A program made the position numbers and the translations under genes. 64,000 nt of DNA, from NCBI GenBank assembly GCA_025558095.1, contig JAIVFI010000005.1:310001-374000 (forward strand). Reading direction: 5' to 3'. The stretch is from Hyaloraphidium curvatum SAG 235-1 (taxonomy: Eukaryota; Fungi; Monoblepharomycota). The notes under the pieces are model-generated. The model did not search any database and was not told the DNA's origin. It worked only from the letters and a program-made list of their open reading frames with translations. This document shows, piece after piece, positions 10,576-23,875 of the stretch; positions within the stretch are counted from its first letter, which is position 1; each line of letters opens with the position of its first letter.

Positions 10576-13500
10576 CTAATACCGATCCCTGCGATCCCCG
10601 CGGTCGCGGTCCCCACGGTCCCCCCGGTCCCCGCGATCCCCGCGATCGCCCCCCCCACCTCGCCCTCCCCGGCCACGACCCCCGCCGCGGCCTCGGTACG
10701 GCCCGCCACCACCGCCACGCCGGCGGTCGCCACCGCGGCCGCCTCGGCCGCCCCGGTCGTCCTGGGGACCGGCGCCGCCGGACAGCCGCTGCTCCAGCAT
10801 CTTCTCGTTGGCGTCGACGAGGTTGTTGACCTAGACAGAAAGGATGAGCTTGCGCCCGAACACGAAAAGCTTCTCCAACGCACCTTGTCGGCGTACGCAA
10901 CGGCCAGGTACTGCAGCCTGCTCTGCTCCGCGCCCGCGTGCATGATGACCGTCGCCGTGGTCTCGTCCATGCTCGCCGGGATCTCCTCGTTGTTGATCAT
11001 GCGGCTGACGAGCTTGTGCACGTCCCGCGAAGACAGCTCGAACATCTCGGCCAGGTCCCCGAGGTTCAGGGTCTCGTAGTAGATGCCGTACGAGAAGAGG
11101 TACGTGCGGAGGCCCTCCTCCTGGATCTTGCGCCCCAGCATCTCCTTGATCTTGGCCACGCCGGGCATGAGGTCCCAGACCTTGATGGCGTTGATGAAGT
11201 CGCGCGCCTTCTGCCAGTCCCCGGCGGACAGGGCCCGCGAGGCGGCCATCACGTGGTCGCGCGTGTTTTCCGGCGGGCCCGTGAACACCTGGCGCTCGTT
11301 GTACGAGAGCATCTTCCGGAACATGCGGCTGATGACCTTGCGGCCGTTGTCGTGCCGGTTCGCGGCCATGTACGGGATCTCGAGCAGCATCGACGAGACC
11401 AGGTACACGCACTCGAGCAGCTCCAGGTTGATGTGCATGTGGAAGGGCAGCTGGCGGGCCTTTTCCAGGCGCTCCTGCTCCGGGGTCTTTTCCTCCCGCC
11501 CGCGCATCATCTGGAAGCCCTGTGCCAGGAGCTCCTTCTGCTTGCCCGACAGCATGATCTCCTGCAGCGCGCCCTGCGAGTCGCGGATCATGCCGAGGCG
11601 GAAGGCCGCCAGGCCGATCTGGACGAGGGCGCGGTTGTAGAGGACCTGCGTCGAGATGTCGGCGTGGGAGATGTTTTCCTGGAGGTGGGACATGAGGAGG
11701 AGGTCGCGGGCCTGGTGGTATCGGTCGTGCAGGGCGTGGTAGTAGACGTGGCAGAGCAGGGCGCGCGAGCGGATGCGCTCGTTGCTCTGCTTGTAGAGGC
11801 GGATGGCGAGGTTGTAGACGAGGGTGTCGGGGTCCTCGGCGGGCAGCGCGGCCACGGAGGGGTATAGTTTCCGCGAGCCCTCGTCGAGGATCTTGACGAG
11901 CTGTTCGGTCTGCAAACGGAGGCATCAGCGCCAAATGCTTGTCGAGAACTCGCGGCAAACATACCTTGTAGTAAAGGTGCTCGAGCCGCCGCAGCACCGT
12001 CATCGAGGCGTGCTCCTCCGATACCGCGTTTGCGGCGCGGTCGCAGTAGAGCTGCCCCCGGATGATGAGCCCGTAGAGCGACGGCTCGTCGCGCAGCCGG
12101 TCGATGTACTCGGTCGTGTGCGGGTCGATGTTCTGCAGGCTCCGGTAGAACTCATCGTCCAGCCTGTCCAGCAGGCCGACCACGCTGCCGAGGATGGCCA
12201 CGGGCTGGCCCTCCTTGGCCTTGAGGTCGTTGGCCTGGTCGTCCTCCTCCTCGTCCATGGCTTCCCGGATCTGGATGTGCGGGTTCTCGTCGATCAGCGT
12301 GTAGAGCTGGTCGAGGTACGTCGCGGCCCTGTTGGCGGAGCGCTGGTCAGAGCAAGCCAAGGGCGCTCAAAATTGCCGCTACGTACTGTTTCCAGGTCTC
12401 GATGTTGAGGTGCGAGCTCATGCTGGGGTTGTAGTCGAAGAGCGAGGGCACCATGACGAGCAGCACCTTGATCTTTTGGAACGCCGTCTGAGCGATCCCG
12501 AGCATCTTGGTGAGCACGCGGACCTGGGCCGTCTTGTCGGTCGACTTGCGGCCGCGGGCCTCGATGACGTCCCTGAGCCGCTTGAACAGGTTGTCGAGCG
12601 TCACGGCCTCCTCCTTGGCCGTCTTCTTGTCCGTCACGGTCTGGAAACCCTCCTCGTCGCTCTCCTCGGCGTCCAGCTGCACGCGCTTTTTCTTGGACGC
12701 CTTTTTCACCTCCTCGTCCGACGACGACTCGTCCTTGGAGGGCTTGGCCGCGGTTTTGGAGGGCTTCTTCATCCACTTCGCGATGCCGGTGCGCTTAACC
12801 CCGCCCTCGGAGGAAGACGAAGAGGACGACTCCGACTCGGACTGGCGGCAGGGCAACGACGTCAGATCCCCTTTCCGTGCAGCAGCAAAGGCCGGTGCCC
12901 ACCTCGGATTCGCTCTCGTCCGAATCCTCCGACTCGCTCTCGTCCGAGCCCTTGGTCTTCTTGGCCCACTTGGACGCACCGGCCGCCGGCTTCTTCTTGC
13001 CTTCCTTCGTCGCCGGCTTGGCCTCCTCTTCCTCGGATGCGGACTCCTCGGTCGGGTTCTGCGCGGGCGGATGAGCTGGGAGGAGAGGAAAAGGGGGGAC
13101 CCCGGCCCACCGCGCGGAAAGCCTCGATGTCCTGCTCGTACGTCTTGTTGAACTTGCGCAGCTTCTGCTTCATCGCCGTGAGGGCCTTTGCGTTGGACGT
13201 GTTCATCTTCTTGACCGCGTCCTTGTTCTCGAGCACGCGCTTGTTGGCGTCCTCGGTCTGCGCCAGCGCGCGGATGAAGAACTTGGGCACGCCCTCCTTG
13301 TCCACGATGGTCTTGGCCTTTTCGAAGGCCTTGGTGAGGCGGTCGAATTCTGCGGGGGGGAGGGGGTGGTTAGCCGGTCGGGCGGCGACGACAAGGCACA
13401 CGCAACGCACCGTTCTGGACGGCGACCCAGTCGTTGATCTTCCGCCCGTTCTCCATGCCGTGCGCGATGGTGCGCATCTCGTCGAAGCGCTTGTCCTTGT

Positions 13501-13864
13501 GGCTCCGCACGACGCGCTTGACCTCAGCGTCCGAGTCCTCGTCCGACGACGAGCCGCCCTTGAGGAACTTTGCGGGCGCCTTCTTGCCCTCGTCCGAGTC
13601 TGATCCCGAGCCGGACTCGCTCTCAGACTCCGAGTCGCTCTCCTCGGACTCGCTCTCGTCCGACGAGGCCATCATCCACTTTGAGGCGACCATGCCCGGT
13701 GCCGGCTTCTTGGCGGCGGGTGCGGCGGCGGCGGCGGCGGGGGCCGGCTTGGCAGCCGGCTTCGCCTTTGCTGCTGCGGCGGGCGCCTTCGGCTTCTCAT
13801 CCTCCGAGTCGGACGAGTCGGAGCGGTCCGAGTCGGTGTCGTCCGTGCGGAAGAACCGCGACAT
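10576..13864 (-). CDS. NIP1: Eukaryotic translation initiation factor 3 subunit C, multi-exon
   Basis: MSRFF N-terminus, IEARGRK, SLQNIDPHTTEY, QLPFHMHINLELLE, FTGPPENTRDH, PCI domain and RGG/RD tail. Confidence 0.96.
10583..10650 (-). repeat. Imperfect ~9-bp coding tandem repeat (GDR)n in the eIF3c tail
   Basis: Translates as GDRGDRGDRGDRDRGDRRDRY. Confidence 0.6.
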
Positions 13865-14385
13865 GGCGGCGCTCTCCGGCGCGCGATGCGCGCGCGGCTG
13901 AAAGCGCGGTGCGGCGCGGGAGGCGGGAGCGCCGGGCGCGGGCGCTGGGCGGGGGCGACGCTGGTCGCGTCGTTTTCTTCTCGAGGAGCGTTCGGATTCG
14001 CGAAAAGCAGGCACCGTGCAGGCGAGTCTAGATCACCGCCTTGACGGGCCGTCGGCTGTAGCGTCACCTCTAACTCACCCGGCTAGTCTATTGAATGACT
14101 TCTGCTTCAGATCCCGGGGTCGGATGCCGCGATTGAGCCCCAGATCACCGGCAAGGGAGATGTGATCTGTTGACGCCACATCCGCCCCGATCAACGCCGC
14201 AGTCCCTCTAGCAGCCACACGATGACTTTGGAAGCTCTTCTCAACATGCATGTAGCACTCCTGTGGGAATCTGCGTTTGCTCTCAAGCCCCGCACGGGCC
14301 GGGGTGGAAGTGGCGGGCGGGGGCGCTGACTGACGGGGCAGCGTCTCAACACACATCGCTTCCGCATTCACGCTCGCACGCACCA

Positions 14386-15538
14386 ATGATGGCGGAGGCG
14401 GCGCCGGGCCCGAGTGCGCTGGGCAAGCGGGGGCCGGGAAGCGACGGCCGCGCCTCGGCGTCGCCCGCGCACGGCTCGGAGGGCTCTCCGCACCACGACG
14501 ACTCGCGCCCGGCAAAGCGAACGCGGGCCGAGCGCGACTCGCCCGCGCTGCCGCCCGACCCGCCGACGCGCGACGCCTCGCCGCACCGCAGTGACATGCT
14601 GGCCGACCACGGCGGCGCGCACACGGACGCTATGGGCCCGCGCAGGCCGCCGAGCATGTTCGACGTCGAGCCGTGCGACGACGTGACGCGCGTCGTGGCG
14701 CTGTTTCTCAGGCCGTTTGTGGGCCGACCGAACCTGGAGATCGAGGCGAAGCTGGGCGTGATCTTTGACAAGCAGACGGGACGGCGGGTGAACATGGGCA
14801 TCGACACGGAGGCCGGTGAGCGGAGTTCTCAAAGGCCACAAGCCATTCGGCTCATGTCCGGACGCCCCGTTCAAGTGGTCAGGGACTACGGCGCGACGCG
14901 GTTCGAGTCCAATATGACGGAGCAGCAGCACCAGTTCTTCAACACCCTCCTCAACGACCGGGTACAGCGCGCGCGCCCCGAGGTCCGCTACGAGCACAAG
15001 TACGAGCTCGACGAGTTCTTCGAGGTGCAGGGCGCGCAGAAGGTGCGCGTGACCAAGGACTTTAAGAGCAACAAGGTCACGGCAAGCATCCAGAAGCAGC
15101 GGCTGGCCAACCTGGACGTGCACATCCCCGAGTCGCTCGTGGACTACCGCATATCCGTCAACGTCGAGCACCAGGTGCCGGTTCCGTACGGGCGGTATCC
15201 GGTGAGCAGGCGGCAGAAGGACCGGATATCCTACACCTACGACGCCTTTTCCATCGACCTGACCCAGGTCTGGAACCTCCACGTATGTGGCACCTTGCGG
15301 GTGCGGCTCCGAATCCTCATTCCCCCATCTGCAGGCCCAGGGCAACGAGCGCCAGTCCGCCGAGGCGTCTCACGAGCTCGAGATCGAGTTCCTGGACGCC
15401 AACGCGACGCTGGGCCCGCACGCCCAGGAGTGGAACCGCGGGGACCGCGCCGCAGAGCGCAGATTCCAGGACGAGGTCAGGCTGATGCTCAACAACGTGC
15501 GATACCTGGCGAGGAAGATGCCGCTGCAGAGCGCGTGA
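14386..15538 (+). CDS. CET1: mRNA-capping RNA 5'-triphosphatase, Cet1/Pct1 (CYTH/TTM) family
   Basis: Motifs EIEAKLG, RFESNMT, KVRVT, DYRISVNVE, RQKDRISY, IDLTQV and, in the last exon, HELEIEF. Confidence 0.88.
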
Positions 15539-15696
15539 ATGGGGGCGCGGGAAGGGGGCGACGGCGGGGCTGAGTCGCGGTTGCGATGAGCGATGATTTC
15601 TAGTTGATACCTTGCACGATGCCGCTGGCATAGATGTCTTTTTGCGCACTCCCACTATGTACACGCACGGAACAACGTCCCGCCGGCAAACCGCGT

Positions 15697-16635
15697 TCAA
15701 CCCCTCCTGGCGGAAGCCGCCAGCACCAGTAGACCCAGGAGCACCGCGGTGCGATCGTTGCGCTTGGCCGCAATGCTACCCAGGACTCCAGCGAGCAGCG
15801 TGAGGGCCGAGGCTTTCGGCACCGACCTGGGCAAGAAGATTGCGACGGCTGCGAGCAGGTCCACGACGCCCAGAAGGGCGTTCCTTTGCAGAACCGAGAC
15901 GCCCTTGAAGAGAATGTACGCGGCAGCTGGAACGAGCGTCCAGTCCACGCCTGCAGCCGGCGGGCTCAGGCTCCCGAAGCGACTTGACTGGAACACAGGG
16001 GGGCCGACGATGTCGTCGCCGAGGCTGATCCCCGCTTTTTTCTGCGGCACTTCGAGCCCCTTGAGCCCGTCCAAGCTCTGCGCATTCTTGACAGCGCAGT
16101 ACTCTTCCCAGCGGCTGCCCAGCGTGCCGACGAACTTGTCATTCTCCGGAGCCTGGCCGAGCTTGACCGTGGCCCAGTTCTTCAGCGTCTCGCGCTCGCC
16201 GACGTACTGCATTCGAGGTATGGAATAACCGCACGACGTCGACACCTTTTCGATGTCCAGCGCCACGACGGCGCGCGTGCCAGGCACCAGAGGCTTGTCA
16301 CCGACGATCCGGGCGAACGCCTCCGTCCCGACCTCCGCCACGGAGCCCTTGCCCCACGCCCGCACGATGTTGGGAGATTCGCCGAAGCTAGTCCACATCA
16401 TTACGAGCCTGCCATTTCCGGGCTCGCGGATGTGCGAGATGGTCTCGACGCCGCTTCCAGTCATGTCAAGGTACGCCAGGCGCTGCTTCTCCACCACGAC
16501 GAGGGTTTCGCTGGGATGTCCTTTAGGAGACACATTGATGTGGCCGCCGTTCAGGGGCGCCGAGGCGACGAAGAAGAGGTGCTGCTCGCGGATAAAGGAC
16601 CGGAGAGCGTCGTTGAGCTCGTCGAAGACCTTCAT
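15697..16635 (-). CDS. Pyridoxamine 5'-phosphate oxidase-like FMN-binding protein with hydrophobic C-terminal extension
   Basis: FFVASAP..GGHINVSPKG, YLDMTGSGVETISH, TSCGYSIP, KNAQSLDGL. Confidence 0.85.
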   Translation of the reverse strand: MKVFDELNDALRSFIREQHLFFVASAPLNGGHINVSPKGHPSETLVVVEKQRLAYLDMTGSGVETISHIREPGNGRLVMMWTSFGESPNIVRAWGKGSVAEVGTEAFARIVGDKPLVPGTRAVVALDIEKVSTSCGYSIPRMQYVGERETLKNWATVKLGQAPENDKFVGTLGSRWEEYCAVKNAQSLDGLKGLEVPQKKAGISLGDDIVGPPVFQSSRFGSLSPPAAGVDWTLVPAAAYILFKGVSVLQRNALLGVVDLLAAVAIFLPRSVPKASALTLLAGVLGSIAAKRNDRTAVLLGLLVLAASARRG

Positions 16636-16835
16636 GCTTCCAAGTCTCGTCACGAGCCTGGAGAGTGCTAGAGAGGGCGTCAACAACCGACCGAGAGTTG
16701 GAATCACGCAGGGACGGAGCGGTGGGCGGTGGGGAAGTCGTGGGAGGCAATGTTTGGAGCGCGCCGACGACGCGCGCGCCCCGCCGCCCGCGTCCCGCCT
16801 CTTGTCGATCCCGTGCCGGCGACGGGAAGAAGCCG

Positions 16836-18077
16836 ATGCCCAGCGGGACATGGTCGCCCAGCGCTCTCGTTTCCAGAGCGTTGCGGGCCCTGTCGCGAGC
16901 CGGCCGCACCCGATCCGCAGCCGCCCCTGTTCGGACAGCGGGTTCGGTCGGCGCGGTGAATCTTCCAAAGCTCTGGATGCTGAGGAGGGATACCGAATTC
17001 AGAAAGGCGCTCGATGAGCGCATTGCTATCGAGCAGAGCTTGGCGGAAGCGTCTGGCTCTCTTGTGGACCTGCCGTCGGAGGCGGCGGCGCCAACTCCGA
17101 CCCTCGTGCAGGTCCAGTCTGCCCATCGGACGCGGCCGATACGATTTGCCTACACAATCCACGGCGACGGTCCCGTGCGGCTGGTCTTCATTGCTGGCTT
17201 GGCGGCGGACTCGCGGATCTGGCACCGCCAGGTTTCGCACTTTGCTCGCAACCCCGCCTACTCGGTCCTCCTTTTTGACAGCTGGGGTGTGGGGTTCAGC
17301 AGGGGTTCGGAAACCGGAGGCGACGCCGACGACGGGCCGCGCTTGACGACGAAGCTGATGGCCGAGGATGTGGCGGCGTTTCTTGAGAGAATTGGCTGGA
17401 CTTCTTTCCACGCGGTCGGCTCCTCGCTCGGAGGCATGGTCCTCATGAACCTCTGCTTGGTGTCCAAACCAGCCTTGGAAATCCGCTCGGCTACCTTTCT
17501 GTCGACGTCCTCTGGACTTTCCGTCCCCAGGCTCCACGTGATCCACACGATCTTGAAGCACAGGACCGAAGGGATGACACTTGCGGATGAATGCAGGATG
17601 ATGTTGTTCCTGAACCACCCATCCAATTTCCTGCAGGCACAGTCGAAGCACCACCCCACGCGGCGAAATCTGGACGTCTTGTCGCACTTCTGGTTCAGCC
17701 GCCGCCGGGCGGTGCCTCGGACATCCGCTTCGGCGCTGCTGGCGCAGGCCACGGCGGCAGTCCGACACTGGGTGCCGCGGAATCGGCTGCGGCGGATCGC
17801 AAAGCGGCTCGGCGACGCCCGCGGAATCCTCGTGGTCACCGGCGCGCAGGATCAGATCATCAACCCCGCTGCCTCGGTCTTCCTCGCCCGGCATTTCGGA
17901 CCGGCTGCGAAGTTGGCTGTCTTGAAGATGGGCGGCCACTCCGTCCAGGATCAGCTGCCAAACACCTTCAACTCCCTGCTGGAGGAACACGTAGCCTCTG
18001 TCGAGCAGTCTGGGTCTCCCTCCGTCCTAGAAAGCGAATCAGAGAAAGCTCCTTGTACAGAAGAGCAAGCAAAGTAG
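16836..18077 (+). CDS. Alpha/beta-hydrolase fold protein
   Basis: VFIAGL, FDSWGVGFS, nucleophile elbow GSSLGG, TGAQD, GGH; start uncertain. Confidence 0.8.
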   Translation: MPSGTWSPSALVSRALRALSRAGRTRSAAAPVRTAGSVGAVNLPKLWMLRRDTEFRKALDERIAIEQSLAEASGSLVDLPSEAAAPTPTLVQVQSAHRTRPIRFAYTIHGDGPVRLVFIAGLAADSRIWHRQVSHFARNPAYSVLLFDSWGVGFSRGSETGGDADDGPRLTTKLMAEDVAAFLERIGWTSFHAVGSSLGGMVLMNLCLVSKPALEIRSATFLSTSSGLSVPRLHVIHTILKHRTEGMTLADECRMMLFLNHPSNFLQAQSKHHPTRRNLDVLSHFWFSRRRAVPRTSASALLAQATAAVRHWVPRNRLRRIAKRLGDARGILVVTGAQDQIINPAASVFLARHFGPAAKLAVLKMGGHSVQDQLPNTFNSLLEEHVASVEQSGSPSVLESESEKAPCTEEQAK

Positions 18078-18179
18078 ATCTGATGTATATAAGATCGCGC
18101 GAAGGGAGACGCCTCGACTCGGGGTCTCGGTGTGGCGCAAATCCAGGGCCCTCGCGAAGTGCCTCCCCTCCGTCAAACC

Positions 18180-19522
18180 ATGGTCTTTGTCATCGTCGGC
18201 GACCTGGGCGGCACCAACAGCCGGTTGACCCTGTGGGAGATTCCGGCCGATGCTCCGGCTCCGAAGCGCGGCCAGCGGGCCCCGGGACGCTCGGTGTTCG
18301 ACCACAAGTATCTGAACGAGAAATTCGACTGTGGGGTCCATTCATTCGCCGAATCCTTGCTGCTTTGACCTGACGATGTGCCTGCGGCAGCCTTCGTGGA
18401 CGTCATGAAGCAGTTCATCGAAGACAGCAAGTCCGCGACGGGTGACTCCGAAATCGCGTCTGCCTGCCTCGCGTGCGCCGGACCCATTCTCGACAACACC
18501 GTCAGGTGCGTTGCAGGCATGCTGATGGCGATGTCGGACTTGCTGACCTGTGGCGAACGTGCCCGATCCGGAATGCCACCGATGGACCCTGACCACGACC
18601 GGACAGCTTCACCAACGTTCGCGAGGGCTGGAACATTGCCGGAGACGAGCTCGCCAAGGTCTTCAAGATCCCAAAAGTCAAGCTGCTCAATGACTTTGAG
18701 GCCATGGGCTACGGGCTGCTCACCCTGGACGACAGCGAATGCCACGTGCTCCAGGACGTGAAGCCCGTCCCGGGCGGCGTGATCGCCACTGTCGGCGCTG
18801 GCACTGGTCTGGGCGAGACCTTCCTCACCAAGGACCCCGACGGGAACTACATCTGCTGGCCGACGGAGGGTGGCCATACGGACTGGTCGCCGCGGACCGA
18901 GGAAGAGGTCGATCTCCTGAACTTCCTCCGCAAGAAGTTTGCGTTGGTGTCCAACTCGCACCCTACGTGCTCGGAGTCGCCGGTGCTGACTGGAATGTCG
19001 ACAGGCACAAGCACCGTGTGTCGCAGGAGCGCGTCATCAGCGGCCCTGGCTTGGCTACCATCTACGAGTACCTGTCCCAGAAGCACCCGGAAAAGGTTAA
19101 CAAGAAGATCCAAGAGGAGTTTGAAGCCGCCGGGTCTCTCAAGGGAGGGGTGGTGGCCCAGCACGCGGACGCCGACGAGCTCTGCAGACGCGCAATGGAG
19201 ATCATGTTCACCGCATGTGAGTACCAGGGATCCCTAGGATCGGCACGACGCGTCATCTCAATGACGTCCTCTTTTAGACGCCTCCGAGTGCGGAAACGCA
19301 ATGCTCAAGTGGCTGCCGACCGGGGGCTTCTACGTCACTGGCGGGATCGGCGCCAAGAACCTCGACTGGATCACGAAAAAGACGCCATTCCTCCAGACGA
19401 TGCTCGACAAGGGGCGCGTGTCGCCCGCGCTGAAGCGGTGCCCGATCAAGGTCGTCCTCGCGGAAGACTGCGGAGAGCGGGGCGCTCACCTCTACGCGCA
19501 TCAATTGCTCAGCAGCAAGTAA
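18180..19522 (+). CDS. glk: Glucokinase, bacterial-type Glk family, multi-exon
   Basis: GDLGGTNSRL, LACAGP, LLNDFEAMGYG, GAGTGLGE, PTEGGH, SQERVISGPGL, GGFYVTGGI, DKGR. Confidence 0.9.
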
Positions 19523-19612
19523 AGACTTGCGCATCTGGGTCAATAAAAGACAATTTGGGCCGATTTTCTTGTGTTGTTTGGGCTCTCAGAAGCCACGTCA
19601 TCGAACAGAATA

Positions 19613-22600
19613 ATGGAGCGCGTCGGGAGCGACGTTCAGCACCGCGATGGTGGGCCGACCATCGGTTTGACGACCAGTTCCGAGCCTGCCCCGGATTTTT
19701 CCGTGGCGCGGGACCGGACGGAATCGGAGATTACACTCGTAAACAAGGTCGCGGAAACGGGGACCCTCGGCGCCCTAGGAACGAGGTCCGGCGGGGTGGC
19801 ACTGCTCGATGAACCAGCCAAGGAGCTTGAAAACGAGCTGCATTTGATTCCCGGTGACCAGGTGGTCGGCAAGGACGAGTCTGGTGCCCTGCATCACACG
19901 TACGCCAATCCGTCGGGCATCGAGGACCAGAATCACACCAACGCCAGTCCGTCGGGCTTCGAAGACCTGGAATTCGGTGGCGGCCGCGAGAAGAAGCGTT
20001 CCGAGGAGATCCTCGTGCGTTCCATTCGGGCCAACAAACCTCTCGTTTCGATTCCCGGCGTTCCGGAAGCTCGCGACGAAACTGGCCGGCCTCTGCCCGT
20101 TCCCGCGTTTCCTTCGAGCATTCGCCCTTGCGTCGATGGCCAGCACACCAAGGTTGGTGGTTTTGCTGTCGTGCGCCGCACGTAACCGGAGAGTTCAACC
20201 AGGCTTCACGCGATCTGAGCCTCCGCGCCGGCTCGGCTTCCATTTCCAAGATCGGCGCGAACGAGTACATTTTCTTTGCGGCGGTATTTGGGCTGTCTGC
20301 GGCAGGCTGGATCGTGGGGCTATTTGGCGGCAGCTTCATCTGGCTGGCGGCCGCGGCCGCGATCGGGGCGATCTACATCCGCAACGTTCGCCTGGAGGAC
20401 CAGCGGAAACTGGATTGGGAACGCCACCGGGCCGAAGGATCGTTTTCGCTGGGAAGGAACCTCGAGACGGCGGAGTGGCTCAAGTTGGTCTCGCGCGAAT
20501 AACTCGTGGATGTGATCGTCATCCTGACCGCCTGCGCAGCTTCTTCGTCGCGCAGATCTGGAATATCATGAACTCGGACCTCTTTGCGTCGCTAACCGAC
20601 ATGATTGAGGACCAGGCTAATTTGTTGGCGAAGGACATGCTCAAGGTTCGCTGCTCCGCCGTTGACCAACTCGTTTGATCGTCATTCGGGCTGCAGGGAT
20701 TCGTCTACAATATTGCGTGCCGCGACTTTGAGCTCGGACCGCATCCACCGCGGATCACGTCGATTCAGGTTTTCCCGCAGGCGAGCGGGGAAGACTCGAT
20801 CGTGGGTGACGCCTTCCAATGTGTGCCCGTAGTAACATTCCCATCCGCAGCTCATGGACATCTCCATGTCCATGGAGGCGCCTCCGCAGCTGACGAACCC
20901 CAACGACCAGAGCCGTCTTGGCATGCACTTGGTTCTCAGCATGGACTTGGGCGAGAAGAATGCCCTCGGCGGCGTCACGGTGCCGACGCTGGTTGAGATT
21001 TCGCAGATCGAGGTCAAAATGCGGCTCCAGATCACCCTTTCGAGCGTGCCTCCGTTTGCCAAGGAAGCGCGAATTAGCCTTCTCGCCGAGCCCGTGATTG
21101 GACTCAGCATCAAGCCCCTGAAGCTGGTCAATCTCATGAACTTGCCGCTGCTTCCCTCGTTCGTCTTGGCCTCCATCACGAGCGCGATCAACGAGCTCGC
21201 TCTCGCACCCAAGGTCCTTCGCATCGATTTGGAGACCCTGCTCACGGGCCAGGAGGTCAGCTCCGACACTCGATCGCTCGGCATCGTCAAGGTCATCATC
21301 CACGAGGCGATCGGTTTTCGGAAAGCCGATGCGTTCACGGAGAGCGATCCGTACGTCATGATCTCCGTCGAGAGCTTTTCCCGGCCGGTCGCTCGCACTC
21401 GAGTCGTCTCGGACAACCCGAGGCCGGTGTGGCACGACTCCCACTACATCCTCGTGAGCGACGACCACGTGCGGGCGGATTCCAAGGTCACGCTCTCGGT
21501 GCGGGGCTCCAAGACTGCTCCCGTTACGTTTGCTGATTGATTTTTCAAGGTTTGGGATTGGGACAGCGAGAAACCCGACGATCTGCTAGGAACGGCCGAG
21601 TTCTCCGGTGAGCGGATGCGAAGGCTGCCATCATCAGTGCTCTGCTAAGACCCGTGCCACAGTCCGCGACCTCATCGATGTGGACGGGCCGTTCTTCCAG
21701 GGCTGGAAGGCTCTCAAAGGATTGGGATCGGGCAACGAGGACCAAGGCTGGATCCGGTGCGAGATCGGCTTCTACCCCAAAACTAAACGGGAGGAGATAC
21801 CGGTGACCGAGACGGGGGAGTTTGCGGACGAGCTGAGGAAGAGGGAGAAGAAGAGCGAGACTCGGCACAGTGCAGGGATCCTCGGCATTCTCGTCCACCA
21901 GGGGAGCGAGCTCGCCGTGAGGAAGAAGGATGCAATCCACGACTACGTGAGCGCCTACGCCAAGGTGTGTGGGCGCTCGTCGGTGCAATTGGCAATCTCT
22001 CAACGTCGCCATAGATCTTCATCAACGACGTGCCCACCTTCAGGGTGCGTGGCCTCGGTCGATGCTGAGAAGACTTGCTGACATGAAAGCTCGATCCAGA
22101 CGAGGACTAAATCGCACAATCCGGCGCCTTATTGGAATATCTCCATCGAAAGGCCCGTCATGGACTTGGAAAAGGCCGTCATACGGATCGTCGTGAAAGG
22201 TGATCGGATTCGCAGCATTGTTCGTCAGCGTATCCTGACAGTGCGATCCTGGTTTAGACGAAAGGCCCAGGGAATGGGACCCCGTGATCGGAGTCGTTGT
22301 CGTCAAGCTGGGGGAGATCCTGGACCTGGCGCGCGGGAAGCGGACCGATACGCGGTGGTGGAACGTCGACGGCGGCATCGGGTAGGCGCGACCGGATCCT
22401 CTGTCCATAAGCAGCTCTTGACCTTGCATATGCAGGTTCGGCAAGCTCCGGATCTCCTTCGTGTTTCGCACGGTGCAGTTGGTTGAGACGCCCAACCTGT
22501 CCGGCTTCGACGGTAGGTCCATTCGCTGCCGAGGCCAGCCTCCCTTCCTCAACCTCTCTTCCAGTCGGAACAATCGTGCTCGGCCGCTTCCGAGCCCGAA

Positions 22601-23677
22601 ACCTCGACAAGCTCTGCCAGCCCTCACACAAACCCAGCCCCTACGTCGACGTGCGCCTCTCGCTCGCCGCCGACACCGAGTGGACCAGGAAGACGACCCC
22701 GGTGCTTCGCCACGACGCCAACCCCACCTGGCCCGAAGAAGCCGTGCTCCCGTTCCGCACGCTGCACCGAACCCAGGCCGTCCTGCAGATCTCGGTGCAC
22801 GACCATTCGAGGGGCAAGCTGCTCCCCGGTTCAGGGGCTAGGGTTTTGGGGTCGGCGAGCTTCTATGCGCAAGATCTGATCGACGGGCGCGCTGAGTGGT
22901 TCAGGATCCCGCTGGTGGCCGAGGCGGGCAAGAGCAGGACGGACCCGCTGTACAGGCACCTGCCGGTCAGGGTGCCGCACCTGCAGCGCATCGGCGGTGT
23001 TGACCGAAAGGAGAGGGCGGAGGAGCCGATGCGGGATCTCGAAGAAGAGGAGAGGGAGAGGGGGGAGAAGGAGGCGCAGCTCACGATCGCGCGCTCGGAC
23101 GGACCGCTGATGCCGCTGGTGGTGCTTGCCGCCTGCTCGGGCCCCGAGCAGAGCGAGATGCGTTCCGAGGAGGTGCGCAAGGCGGAGAAGCTCTCGGGAG
23201 GCTGGTTCGGCGACGTGTCGCCTACCTCGTTCCCGGACGAAGATGACGACGGCACGCCGTGCATCATCTTCAAGGCCAACTTCCGGCCGGGGCTATCGTG
23301 GGTCGAGACGATCAGGAACGGCGAGGAGTACGAGATCGGCGTGGTGCAGGAGCAACTGCCCGAGTTCCTGGAGCAGGAGCAGGCGCAGGCGCAGAAGAAA
23401 AAGGGCAAGAGGTCCTTCTTCGGCGGCGGCGGAAGCCAGATCCGCACGGGCGAGACGGCGCAGCGCGCCCGGGACGTGGGTCGATCGTCCGGAGTTGAGT
23501 GCGACTCACTGTTCACTGGTATCACCGCAGGACAAGATGCTCCCCGGGAACCACTTGACGCGCAGCCTCGCGTGGTCGCTCGGGTTGGGCGGCGAGGCGG
23601 CTTCCCGCCTCTCCAAGTCGCTCTGGGTGGCACGCAAGGAGAGGCACCTCCCCGATCTGCCGATCGAGAACGAGTGA
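19613..23677 (+). CDS. Tricalbin/extended-synaptotagmin-like protein (TM hairpin, SMP domain, multiple C2 domains), multi-exon
   Basis: Hydrophobic hairpin followed by ETAEWL (SMP start); NLMNLPLL; C2 motifs SDPYVMI...NPRPVW and SPYVDV...ANPTWPE. Confidence 0.75.
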
Positions 23678-23875
23678 GGGTGGTGCAGATGCGCACGTAG
23701 CTTGGTAGAACTTGGCATCATTTTCGGCAGCAGAGAGCTTTTAGACGTGGTGATACAGATCGTGGTTTGCATCGTTAGTGCCGCCTAGGGCACGGCCGGC
23801 AGGGGATCCTGCTTCCCGTACCGCCGAATTCATTGCTCGCCATTACAAAGAGTCAGAGACTAATTCTCAAGGCAA

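Noticed and set aside
10002-11915. 637-aa ORF apparently fusing the eIF3c PCI domain to a downstream TM protein
   Set aside because: It arises from reading through the 53-nt intron at 10831-10883. Splicing gives the normal eIF3c RGG tail ending at 10576, and an open frame is expected by chance at this GC content.
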